Assembly (NCBI GenBank): GCA_038046805.1
Contig: JBBSVO010000006.1
Coordinates: forward strand, 43,081-100,351
DNA length: 57,271 nt
Direction: 5' to 3'
Source: Candidatus Micrarchaeota archaeon
Lineage (GTDB): Archaea > Micrarchaeota > Micrarchaeia > Anstonellales > Bilamarchaeaceae
Position numbers and translations under genes: made by a program. Under the pieces are notes generated by a model. The model was given only the letters and a program-made list of their open reading frames with translations. It had not been told where the DNA came from and did no database searches. This document shows, piece by piece, positions 10,205-19,221 of this stretch. Each line of letters starts with the position of its first letter. Positions within the stretch are counted from its first letter, which is position 1.

Positions 10205-11203
10205 TCATTCTTTTGAAACGCACCTTATTTTCTGTTCAATCATCATCAAATCAGCAAGAACTATTGCTGTCACTGCCTCTACAACAACCGGTGCACGCAA
10301 TGCTATGCACGCATCATGCCGTCCTCCGGTTTCCAGTTCTGCAAGGTTTCCAGTTTCCAGATTTACAGTCTCCTGCCTTTTTCCTATACTCGAAGTCGGC
10401 TTTACCGCAACCCGGAACACTAATTCGTTCTCGTTCGTTACTCCGCCGTTTATTCCGCCGGAATTGTTTGTTTTTGTTTTTCCGCTTACTGTGTCAATTA
10501 GCAAATCATTGCATTCGCTTCCGCGCATTCTCGCAGATCCGAAACCTATACCGAATTCAATTCCTTTGACTGCAGGGATGGAAAATATCGCGTGACTTAT
10601 GAGCGATTCAACCGAATCAAAGAACGGTTCACCCAATCCAATCGGAACTCCGCTAGCGCGGCATTCTATAATTCCGCCAACAGAATCATCGTCGCGCATT
10701 GCAGCTTCGACGGCTTCGTTTATTTGTTTTGAGCCGCCCGCTTCGGTAAGGCGCGCGTTGATTTCGATAGGCTTAATTAGCTTTTTCGCAATCGCACCCG
10801 CGGCTACCAATCCAAGCGTAAGCCTTCCTGAGAAATGCCCTCCGCCCCTGTAATCATTGAATCCTTCAAACTTCGCATGTGCAACGAAATCTGCATGTCC
10901 TGGTCGCGGTGTGTTTTTTATCCGCTCATACGGGGTTGAATCCGTATCGAGGTTCTCAAACAAAATCAATATCGGTGCGCCGGTAGTTTTTCCGTTGAAT
11001 ATTCCGCTTTTGATATGAGGTATGTCATCCTCGGTTCTTGTTGTTGTTCCTTTTGTACCGCTCTTTCTTCTTGCAATATCTGGCAGCAAATCCTCTGCAG
11101 ATAATGAAATGCCTGCAGGACACCCATCCACCACTACGCCAACGCAATCCCCATGCGATTCCCCGAATATGCTTACGCGAAATAATCTTCCGAAAGTGTT
11201 CAT
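10205..11203 (-). CDS. aroC: Chorismate synthase
   Basis: MNTFG...FGESHG, PRPGHAD, GGGHFSGR, GRHDAC; ATGA overlap with the aroA stop. Confidence 0.97.
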   Translation of the reverse strand: MNTFGRLFRVSIFGESHGDCVGVVVDGCPAGISLSAEDLLPDIARRKSGTKGTTTRTEDDIPHIKSGIFNGKTTGAPILILFENLDTDSTPYERIKNTPRPGHADFVAHAKFEGFNDYRGGGHFSGRLTLGLVAAGAIAKKLIKPIEINARLTEAGGSKQINEAVEAAMRDDDSVGGIIECRASGVPIGLGEPFFDSVESLISHAIFSIPAVKGIEFGIGFGSARMRGSECNDLLIDTVSGKTKTNNSGGINGGVTNENELVFRVAVKPTSSIGKRQETVNLETGNLAELETGGRHDACIALRAPVVVEAVTAIVLADLMMIEQKIRCVSKE

Positions 11204-12408
11204 AACAAATTCACCCCTAACGAACGCAAGTCTGTGAAAAATTCCGAATATGATTTTGAAACGCATTCTGCATTTTGAATTGTAACTCCGCTTGTTGCAT
11301 TTAGCGCGGCTATTGCGCATGCCATTGCGATCCTATGGTCTCCGTGCGAGTTTACGGTTCCACCTTTCAGTTTTGTTCCAATTATTTCAAGCGCGTTTCC
11401 GTTAATCCGCAATTTTGCTCCGAGTTTTTCAAACTCCTCAACAAGCACCGTTGCCCGGTCGCTTTCCTTGTGCCTTAACCTATCAACCCCGATAATCCTG
11501 CTTGTTCCATTGCAATTGCATGCAAGTGCAACCAATGGCGGGAATAGGTCCGGGCAATTCGTTGCATCGAATTCAAATGATGAAAGTTTTGTTCCACACC
11601 TTTCCAGTGCAGTTAGTATCTCCTTGTCTGCTTGTGCGGGATTCTTATCGAGTCCATTAACTCGCACCTTTCCCTTTCCAGCAATCTCATTCGCTACAAG
11701 CATAAATGCGGCTCCAGACCAATCTCCCTCGATGTCGCAGTTCAGTGCAGAGTATTTCTGGTTTCCGTTGATGGCGAACGCTCCATTTGTTTCAGTTATT
11801 CTCGCACCGAACTTACGTGCAATTCCGAGCGTCATATCCACATAAGGTCTGCTTTTCAGGTTTTTTACGGTAACAACCGAATCTTTTTCACATAATGGCA
11901 ATGCAATCAGCAGCCCGGTTAGGAATTGCGAACTTTCCGAACCATCCACTACTACGGTTCCGCCTTTCATTGGACCGCGAACCACTACGGGTGGCTTTCC
12001 GTTATTCGTTTTGTATTCCGCACCTAGCATCCGCAGCGGCTCTTCTATCATCCCAACAGGTCGCGAGAGAAGCGAACCATTTCCGGTAAGTGTAATCTCC
12101 TTATCAAACAATGCCGCGATTGGAGAGAACATCCGCATGCACAGGCCGGATTCCCCACAGTCGAGCGAACCGGATACGGAATTTTTACCCCCAGTTATCC
12201 GCACGGAGTTACCATCACTATTAACCTCTGCCCCAAGTGCCTTTGCAATTTCAAGTGCTGCCTTTGAATCATCACAGAATGACGCGTTCGTTAGTGTAGT
12301 TGTACCTTTTGCTAGTGCTGCCAGTGCAACTGCCCGTTGCATCATGCTTTTTGATGGAGGTGCAGTTATTGTTCCGCTAACCTCGCCTGGCTCAATAGTT
12401 ACGTTCAT
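11200..12408 (-). CDS. aroA: EPSP synthase
   Basis: PPSKSMMQRA, CGESGL, SSQFLTGLL, LRHKESDR, DHRIAMA. Confidence 0.97.
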   Translation of the reverse strand: MNVTIEPGEVSGTITAPPSKSMMQRAVALAALAKGTTTLTNASFCDDSKAALEIAKALGAEVNSDGNSVRITGGKNSVSGSLDCGESGLCMRMFSPIAALFDKEITLTGNGSLLSRPVGMIEEPLRMLGAEYKTNNGKPPVVVRGPMKGGTVVVDGSESSQFLTGLLIALPLCEKDSVVTVKNLKSRPYVDMTLGIARKFGARITETNGAFAINGNQKYSALNCDIEGDWSGAAFMLVANEIAGKGKVRVNGLDKNPAQADKEILTALERCGTKLSSFEFDATNCPDLFPPLVALACNCNGTSRIIGVDRLRHKESDRATVLVEEFEKLGAKLRINGNALEIIGTKLKGGTVNSHGDHRIAMACAIAALNATSGVTIQNAECVSKSYSEFFTDLRSLGVNLL

Positions 12409-12414
12409 TTTATG

Positions 12415-13773
12415 TCAACCTCTCAAAACTTCACTTGCTATCTGTTCTGCAACTTCCCTTGCTGATTTTCCATCCGTGTTCACGACTATGTCTGCCGTCC
12501 TCGCGTAAAGCGGAATTCTTCTTTCAATTATTCTTTGCGCAACTCCTTCCCTGTCTGCAACATTCAGCAACGGGCGGCTTTCATCTTTCCCTATCCTCTC
12601 GAATATTGTTTTTGGTGAAGCAGTTAACCACACAACCGTGCAGTTCTTCAGTAGGATTTCTACATTTTCATGGTCAAGTATTGCCCCGCCTCCGCATGCG
12701 ATTACAGAGTTCGTTGTACCATTAATCGCAGTTACCTCCTTTTTCTCCATATCTCGGAATTTCATTTCGCCATGATTCTCGAAAATCTCTTTGATTTTTG
12801 TTCCAGTTTTCCGTTCGATGTTTTCATCGATATCACTGCAATTCATTCCGCTTATCTTAGCGATCTCCTTTGCAGTAGTAGTCTTCCCGCTTCCCATAAA
12901 ACCGATTAGGGCGATGTTTGGTTTTCCGGCTGTTTTCGCGGTTGTACAGTGCGAGTAAAGCGCGGTTCTCATCATTTCTATTGGCGCGTCCTTTCCTGTA
13001 AACAAACTAAATGCAGCAGCACCCTGATGGAGCAGCCATTCCCGTCCATCTATCACTTTGCATCCCGCAGTCTTTGCATCCCGCACAAGTGCGCTTTCTG
13101 AGGAATAATTCGCGTCAAGAACAATCGTGCCGCGTTTCAGCAATTCGTGCGGAATAATTCTTTCATTTTGACTTCCGCCAGAAGTTATTGCCGAAATAAT
13201 AATGTCCGCGTGCGGAACAACTCCATCTACGTTATTTAATTCCGAAATATCAATTGCTTCGCATCCGAATTTTTCTGCGAGTTGTTCTGCTTTCTCAAAA
13301 GTGCGGTTAGCAATCGTAACTTTCGCTCCTTTATTCATCAGAGCGACAACTGCTGCCTTTGCTGCTCCACCTGCGCCAATTATTAGTGCATTTTTTCCAG
13401 CAATTTCTATCCCGCTAGTGGCCAATGTTTCCATTACGCCAGTGACATCGGTGTTAAATCCGCTGACTGTTCCGTTTCGGTTCAATATAACTGTATTAAC
13501 CGCACCCGTCTTCTTCGCGTCCTCATCAAGCGTATCGCATAATTTCGCAATTTCCTCCTTGAACGGAGAGGTTACATTCAGACCGAAAATACCGAGTGCT
13601 TTCGCGCTACGCAGTACGTCATCCGCGTTTTCGACAGCCAATCTCGTATAAATTGCATCAATTCCGCTCGCCATAAACGCCGCGTTCTGCATCTGCGGGC
13701 TAAGACTATGTAGTATTGGCTTGCCTGTAACGGCGAATAAAATTATTTTTTTCCGTGCGTCTTCCTCATTCAT
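12415..13773 (-). CDS. aroE: Shikimate dehydrogenase-shikimate kinase fusion (AroE-AroK)
   Basis: HSLSP, NVTSPFK, GAVNT, NTD and GAGGAA, followed by a P-loop kinase IALIGFMGSGKTT, ACGGG, RPLL. Confidence 0.93.
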   Translation of the reverse strand: MNEEDARKKIILFAVTGKPILHSLSPQMQNAAFMASGIDAIYTRLAVENADDVLRSAKALGIFGLNVTSPFKEEIAKLCDTLDEDAKKTGAVNTVILNRNGTVSGFNTDVTGVMETLATSGIEIAGKNALIIGAGGAAKAAVVALMNKGAKVTIANRTFEKAEQLAEKFGCEAIDISELNNVDGVVPHADIIISAITSGGSQNERIIPHELLKRGTIVLDANYSSESALVRDAKTAGCKVIDGREWLLHQGAAAFSLFTGKDAPIEMMRTALYSHCTTAKTAGKPNIALIGFMGSGKTTTAKEIAKISGMNCSDIDENIERKTGTKIKEIFENHGEMKFRDMEKKEVTAINGTTNSVIACGGGAILDHENVEILLKNCTVVWLTASPKTIFERIGKDESRPLLNVADREGVAQRIIERRIPLYARTADIVVNTDGKSAREVAEQIASEVLRG

Positions 13774-14419
13774 TTTTCGTTTCACCCAATATTTTCAGTA
13801 TTTGTGCCATTTCATCTTTGTTTATCTGTCCATCTGCAGTTTCCTTTCCATTTCCAAGAGATGCAAATGTGAACGGGCTTCCAAGAAGTGGTGCGGCAAT
13901 ACGCACAATTCTTCCAGCTTTACCCATACCAACAACTACAATCTTTCTGTTATCATCCAGTAATCCAAACAATCTCGCGCAATCTTGTTCTGAATTCACC
14001 TTACACGCAATCTTTGCAATATCTGCGCCTGAATCAAAACACCAATCAATTACCTGTCCAAGTTCTGCTCCAGATGGCGTTCGGTTGTAGTTATGAGACG
14101 AAACAATCACTGCACATCCCTTCGTTTTCGCTGCAGAAATAATCTCTTTTTTGTATTCGTCGCGGTTCTCCACTTCAATATCAACGAATGATGCACCGGA
14201 TTCAATTGCGGAGAGCAGTAGTTTCTTCCGCGCGTTTTCGTCAAGAGTTCCACCCGGACGGCATGTTGCAATCAAGCGAACCTGTTTTGAAAATATTTTC
14301 CCTATGTTTTCAACTGTCGCATCCCGCAATTTATCGATCCTGATTTCTGCAAACTCCAAACCATTCAATGCAGTAATGCATTTTTCCGTGCTATCTTCGC
14401 CAATGCTAACACAAATCAT
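13766..14419 (-). CDS. aroD: Type I 3-dehydroquinate dehydratase
   Basis: EIRID, IATCR, VDIE, SSHN, ADIAKIA and TADGQ motifs. Confidence 0.93.
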   Translation of the reverse strand: MICVSIGEDSTEKCITALNGLEFAEIRIDKLRDATVENIGKIFSKQVRLIATCRPGGTLDENARKKLLLSAIESGASFVDIEVENRDEYKKEIISAAKTKGCAVIVSSHNYNRTPSGAELGQVIDWCFDSGADIAKIACKVNSEQDCARLFGLLDDNRKIVVVGMGKAGRIVRIAAPLLGSPFTFASLGNGKETADGQINKDEMAQILKILGETKNE

Positions 14420-15443
14420 GAAGAGCCACCTCCAAATCCGCATCCGTTATTTCAACTACTTTTGCCTTTCCTATGCCTTCCAGCAAGATTATCCGCAGTT
14501 TTGCATTCCTTTTTTTCTTATCCTTCATTATCGCATCAATTATTGAGGTTTTATCGCATTTTCCGCTAAGCGTGATTGGGAGTCCGATCTTCTCAAGAAG
14601 CGCGCGCAAGCGTCTGAAATCCTTTTCTGTAAGCAATCCTTTTGCAACCGACAACCTTGCTTCGGCAACCATTCCAATGCTTATTGCCTCTCCGTGCGGC
14701 AATCCGGTTATTTTCTCGATTGCGTGTCCTATCGTGTGTCCGAAATTGAGTTTCATTCTTTCTCCATGTTCGGTTTCATCACGTTCAACTACCTTGGCCT
14801 TTGCCACAAGCGCGTCATGCAATACCTTTTCTATTGCGGTTTTCTTCAGGGAAATTGCTGCCTTGTGGTTCTCTTCCAGGTAAGCAAAAAGAGCCGAGTC
14901 ACTGATTGCGCCGTGCTTAACTATCTCGGCAAATCCGCATCTAAGTTCGCGTTCGGGCAGAGTCACAAGAAGTTCGAAATCGCACAAAACAAAATCCGGC
15001 TGTCTGAACGTGCCTATTATATTCTTGTATCCTTTGAAATTAACCCCGTTCTTGCCGCCTATGCTCGCATCAACCTGCGCCAATAATGAAGTCGGAACAA
15101 ACCCGCATTTTGTCCCGCGCATGAACGTCGTTGCTGCGAATCCAGCAATGTCGCAGACTATACCGCCTCCAATACCAATAATGGTTGAGGAGCGGTCAAG
15201 TCCGAGTTCAAGCAATCTGGAGTAAAGCATCTGTACTGTCTCAAGCGTTTTGTTCCCTTCACCAGTTCCAATTTCGATTACTTCCATTCCTTTTGGGAAT
15301 TTTGTTCCGCACGCTTTTCGCACGTTCGCATCCGTGATTATTACGGAATTTCCGATATCACAGTAACCGGGCAAGTGTTCCATTGACTCGCCAAGTACAA
15401 TCTTTGAATCCCCGGTCTTTCCATGAAGCTCAATGATTCTCAT
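14406..15443 (-). CDS. aroB: 3-dehydroquinate synthase (bacterial type)
   Basis: [42 protein letters not shown]. Confidence 0.97.
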   Translation of the reverse strand: MRIIELHGKTGDSKIVLGESMEHLPGYCDIGNSVIITDANVRKACGTKFPKGMEVIEIGTGEGNKTLETVQMLYSRLLELGLDRSSTIIGIGGGIVCDIAGFAATTFMRGTKCGFVPTSLLAQVDASIGGKNGVNFKGYKNIIGTFRQPDFVLCDFELLVTLPERELRCGFAEIVKHGAISDSALFAYLEENHKAAISLKKTAIEKVLHDALVAKAKVVERDETEHGERMKLNFGHTIGHAIEKITGLPHGEAISIGMVAEARLSVAKGLLTEKDFRRLRALLEKIGLPITLSGKCDKTSIIDAIMKDKKKRNAKLRIILLEGIGKAKVVEITDADLEVALHDLC

Positions 15444-16279
15444 TTCAAATCACCCTTAATTTTGTCCACGTTTAGCTCATCCATAAATTTCCTTAGCGCC
15501 CTTACGTTTTTCATTAATTCCGCAAACTGTGGTGGGGTTAAAGCCTGCTCCTTGTCGCTAAGCGCTTCGGGCGGATTGCGATGCACTTCTACAATCATTC
15601 CATCCGCTCCGCAGGCTACTGACGCAAGAGACATTGGTTGGATTAGGCTAATTCTACCGGTTCCGTGCGTTGGATCCGTAATAACCGGAAGGTGCGTAAG
15701 CTCTTTTACTGCCGGAACCGAGCTAAGGTCAAGAGTATTGCGCGTGTAGGTTTCAAACGTCCTTATTCCCCGCTCGCACAGAATTACATCTGGATTTCCA
15801 TCATTCAAAATGTATTCTGCGCAGTTCAACCACTCTTCTATAGTTGAGTACATCCCTCTTTTCAGAAGAATCGGCTTGTTTGCCTTTCCGACTTCTTTTA
15901 GTAAGGAGAAGTTTTGCATGTTTCTTGCGCCTATTTGGAGAACGTCCGCGTATTCACATACCCAGGAAACGTCTCTTGTGTCAATTACTTCGGTAACTAT
16001 CGGCAATCCGGTTTCGTCCCGCGCCTTTTCAAGGAGCTTCAATCCCTTTAGCCCCAAGCCTTGAAACGCATAAGGAGACGTACGCGGCTTAAACGCTCCG
16101 CCTCGTAACATGTTCGCGCCGGCCGCCTTTACCGCACGCGCGGTTTCCAACAGTTGCTCTTCGCTTTCTACACTACACGGCCCTGCGATAACAGTAAACC
16201 CTTCCCCGACCTTAACATCGCCCACGCGTACAATTGTCCTTCCATTTCCGTTCAATGTGGCTAATTTCAGATTTTTCAT
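15440..16279 (-). CDS. aroF: DAHP synthase, type I-beta
   Basis: [37 protein letters not shown] before ATG 16279. Confidence 0.95.
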   Translation of the reverse strand: MKNLKLATLNGNGRTIVRVGDVKVGEGFTVIAGPCSVESEEQLLETARAVKAAGANMLRGGAFKPRTSPYAFQGLGLKGLKLLEKARDETGLPIVTEVIDTRDVSWVCEYADVLQIGARNMQNFSLLKEVGKANKPILLKRGMYSTIEEWLNCAEYILNDGNPDVILCERGIRTFETYTRNTLDLSSVPAVKELTHLPVITDPTHGTGRISLIQPMSLASVACGADGMIVEVHRNPPEALSDKEQALTPPQFAELMKNVRALRKFMDELNVDKIKGDLK

Positions 16280-16282
16280 TGA

Positions 16283-16568
16283 GAAAACCTCCGTTTTCGA
16301 GACCGATTGAAGCTTATGCTTCAATGGTCCATTTTTCGCTTCTGGCGAAAAATTGGATATTTGAAATCGCTAATGCGATTTCAATTTATGTTTAACGCAA
16401 CCTCCTTTTGATTTTCGTTTGTTTTTCGTTTTCTTATTTTTCTTTCAGTTCAATTTTTTTTCATTCCTTTTCAAATTTTCATATTAATATCTCTAGTTCT
16501 AGTCATATAGCGCCAACACAAAAACGGATATTAAAATTCTTAAATTCGGTTCGTTCTGGTGTTGGCTA
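16283..16568 (-). promoter_or_regulatory. Structured 5' leader of the aro operon (candidate attenuator)
   Basis: Inverted repeats 16508-16526/16552-16568, 16361-16384, 16328-16357, 16301-16329, and an SD-containing hairpin at 16283-16298. Confidence 0.6.
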
Positions 16569-16652
16569 TCAATAGTCAAACCAGTATCCAAAATAGCTAA
16601 AGCTGAAGAAGTCGAACGCATTAGATTTTATGTTTGCCTTAGCTGAATTCAT
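16569..16652 (-). CDS. Aromatic-amino-acid-rich leader peptide, 27 aa: MNSAKANIKSNAFDFFSFSYFGYWFDY
   Basis: Hand translation gives 6 Phe, 3 Tyr and 1 Trp in the last 15 codons, ending TGA-TAG. Co-oriented with and upstream of aroF. TATA-like TTTAAAAA (16683-16676) about 24 nt before the ATG. Confidence 0.85.
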   Translation of the reverse strand: MNSAKANIKSNAFDFFSFSYFGYWFDY

Positions 16653-16733
16653 AGATATTACTTGTTTTGATACATTTTTTAAAGGTTTGGGAACACATTA
16701 AGTACCACTAAAAGGGAGGAGTGAGGTGTATCT

Positions 16734-17570
16734 ATGGGTGCTGTACAAAATCAAGTTCATGGAAAAGAATTGTTAAGAGTACAAGTTCAGGGTCCGCCAA
16801 GAAATTTGGTAGTTCTCAGAGGTAACGGTTCAACAAGACTTTTTGATGCTCATCCTTTAGTAGATGCATTTAACGCAGAACATGGAACCCGGCTTACAGT
16901 CGTATCTCATAAAGTAGCTGATGTTGCACAGACAGTTGGCGACACATGGAGAAGTTTGCTCGCTTATGCAGTTGATGCTTCCATTGCTTATGAAAAGCCA
17001 GGAACAAAATTAGGAAAAGAAATAATTTTTACTGCTGATGGTGAACCAAAAGTCGCTTTGGCAACAGGCAAATTCAAAGGAGAACAAGATGTTGCTTTGG
17101 TAGCTTTAGGCATTAGTTCAACTGATTTCAAGAGAGATGGAAATTCCATCACTTTAGATATTCCTGAAAATAGATTAGTTGTAGTTCCAAACTTCCCTGG
17201 TCCAGATGGTTGGTATATGCCACATGCTGAAACAGGCGTTCCCCGAGGTAGGCAAGTAGAGCAAAGTTCTGATGCCAGATACCTCTATAGATTAAACGAT
17301 TCTTCGTATGTGGGCCTTCTGGTCCGCGGCGGCGGCAGGCAGGGCGTCAGTGCGCTCTACAGGGCGTCCATTAGGCTCGAGGTGGTGGCAGAAGTCCCCG
17401 AAGGGGACGTCGCGAAAATTGAGGCACTTCTCCCCGTGCTTGCTACCGAATCTTCGGCTTCCGGTTTAAGAATTATCAGGAATCCAAACGAACTTATCGT
17501 GCACGGAACTCCAGCGCAACTTGATGCCGCAGTACGGCTGCTTGGCGCGTCTCAGGGAATCCGACAGTGA
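16734..17570 (+). CDS. Hypothetical protein resembling a DGR target, with an internal variable-repeat-like segment
   Basis: GAGGTG SD. GC-rich, NNC/NNT-codon segment at about 17301-17390 (SYVGLLVRGGGRQGVSALYRASIRLEV), followed by hairpin GTCCCC-GAA-GGGGAC (17394-17408). Confidence 0.6.
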   Translation: MGAVQNQVHGKELLRVQVQGPPRNLVVLRGNGSTRLFDAHPLVDAFNAEHGTRLTVVSHKVADVAQTVGDTWRSLLAYAVDASIAYEKPGTKLGKEIIFTADGEPKVALATGKFKGEQDVALVALGISSTDFKRDGNSITLDIPENRLVVVPNFPGPDGWYMPHAETGVPRGRQVEQSSDARYLYRLNDSSYVGLLVRGGGRQGVSALYRASIRLEVVAEVPEGDVAKIEALLPVLATESSASGLRIIRNPNELIVHGTPAQLDAAVRLLGASQGIRQ

Positions 17571-17674
17571 AACGGAATTTCGGAGAACAAATCCATAAAC
17601 CAGCCCAGGACATATTGGATAGGATACGGGGATTGGTTGGGAAGTATAAGAAAGGATAGAATGAGATATTCTGC

Positions 17675-17785
17675 CTACTTGATTCCACCCACAAACTTCC
17701 CGATCTCCTTCAGCGCATCCTGCTCATTTGCGTGCTTGGAGTAGAGTTCAATTATCCCGCTCCCCACAATCACCCATCCGTCCAT
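17675..17785 (-). pseudogene. trpA: Remnant copy of the trpA 3' end
   Basis: Translates as VIVGSGIIELYSKHANEQDALKEIGKFVGGIK*, versus intact Trp[34 protein letters not shown]; 20 of the first 28 residues are identical. Confidence 0.85.
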
Positions 17786-17808
17786 GTCCTACTGTCCTTT
17801 CAGTAACC

Positions 17809-17894
17809 TTTAAATATATCACTATTTATAGATAATATCACTAAAAAGTGATATACAAAAACCGCGTTTTTGTATAGTTGTGAACGAAGTTCAC
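17809..17894 (+). promoter_or_regulatory. Promoter/operator with inverted repeats upstream of the AbiE-like pair
   Basis: TTTAAATA; ATATCACT at 17816 and 17835 with inverted AGTGATAT at 17847; TATACAAAAA-N5-TTTTTGTATA (17852-17876); GTGAAC-GAA-GTTCAC. Confidence 0.5.
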
Positions 17895-17903
17895 GTGATA
17901 TAT

Positions 17904-18473
17904 ATGAAAGTAACGAGCAAAGTAACCTATGGAATTGTCAAGGCCATTCTCGAAATGAAGCAGTTTACTCAGTACTTCATAAGCAAGAAAAAGCAGGCTA
18001 CGTTCAGCCTGGTGAATCGTATTGTAAACTGGTTTGTTTCCCATGGTTATATCGCAAAACGTGCAAGGTTTTATGAAGTCGTAAGCCCGGTGGCCATCCT
18101 TAATCTTTTTCCGTTGTATAGAAAAATGAAGCCGTTTGCAGTATTTGATATAAACCTGCCAAACAAAGAAGCTCTTAAATTGCTTAAGGCTAAAGGGACA
18201 TTTTGTCTTACTACTGCTCTTTCGTATTATGATGAATACTACCGAGACACTGCGATATACATATATCTGGAAGATAAGAACCTGCTTGAAGAGCTAAAAT
18301 CAATGCCTAAAGGTTACACTCATATCGAATGTTACAAGGACGATCTCGGCAGCCATGATTTTGTAAGGAAAGATCATCGCCAAATAACTGACAAAATACG
18401 TACGATAATTGACTTATTTTGCGCTAATAAGACGTATGCTGCAGAAAGATTAATCAAAAAAGAGTGGGTTTGA
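17904..18473 (+). CDS. Putative AbiEi-like antitoxin/transcriptional regulator
   Basis: HTH-like N-terminus, CLTTALSYY, C-terminal TDKIRTIIDL. Coupled by TGATG to a nucleotidyltransferase gene. Confidence 0.5.
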   Translation: MKVTSKVTYGIVKAILEMKQFTQYFISKKKQATFSLVNRIVNWFVSHGYIAKRARFYEVVSPVAILNLFPLYRKMKPFAVFDINLPNKEALKLLKAKGTFCLTTALSYYDEYYRDTAIYIYLEDKNLLEELKSMPKGYTHIECYKDDLGSHDFVRKDHRQITDKIRTIIDLFCANKTYAAERLIKKEWV

Positions 18474-19213
18474 TGAAAGAACTTTACGGCAGAGATATAA
18501 CTGAGCCAAGCCTGAAAGAACTCGAGGAATTTGCGCTATGGTATAATGAAAAGCTCGGGAATTATCCCATACTTGTAGGTGGGTGGGCAGTTTATTGTTA
18601 TACCAAAGGTCTTGGGTCAAAAGATATTGATGTTGTTTTCCTAGGAGATAAAGCGAAGCATGTAACATTGTTTGATTACTTTCGATCGCATGGCTACAGC
18701 GAGCGTACGAGAACTTTCTTTGATAAGGAATTCGTAAAGATTGTCAAAAACAAAAACAATGAAGTTGAAATTATTATCGATGCAGTGTCCTCAAACAGAA
18801 TTATAATTTTTGAAGGCAGAAAAACAAGGCTTTCTTGGGATTTGGCAGTCAGGAACAGTGTAAAACACAAAATAGGGGATGCTACGGTCTATATTCCAAC
18901 CCTCGAATTGTTATTGACTTACAAGCTTGGGGCAATTCTTGGCAGGAATATAAATCTAAGGACAGGGTTGGATACAAATTATTACCGTTCAAAATTATGG
19001 AAGGATGTTTATGATGTGATTTCTTTATCTAAATTTGAGATGAATGCAGGTACCTTACATAATTTCTTAACCCGATCAAAATTATACGATTACAGGAGCG
19101 AAATTATGACTGCTATAGAAGATAATTATGACGATGAAATACGTTCTCTGTTAAACGACACCTCTTTGATCAAAATCAGAAAATTGCTTGGTGCTGATGG
19201 AGATAAATTATAA
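18473..19213 (+). CDS. Nucleotidyltransferase, AbiEii-like toxin
   Basis: ILVGGWAV, GSKDIDVV, LLTYKL and KDVYD motifs of the pol-beta NTase/AbiEii-like clan. Confidence 0.65.
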   Translation: MKELYGRDITEPSLKELEEFALWYNEKLGNYPILVGGWAVYCYTKGLGSKDIDVVFLGDKAKHVTLFDYFRSHGYSERTRTFFDKEFVKIVKNKNNEVEIIIDAVSSNRIIIFEGRKTRLSWDLAVRNSVKHKIGDATVYIPTLELLLTYKLGAILGRNINLRTGLDTNYYRSKLWKDVYDVISLSKFEMNAGTLHNFLTRSKLYDYRSEIMTAIEDNYDDEIRSLLNDTSLIKIRKLLGADGDKL

Positions 19214-19221
19214 TTCGTTTT

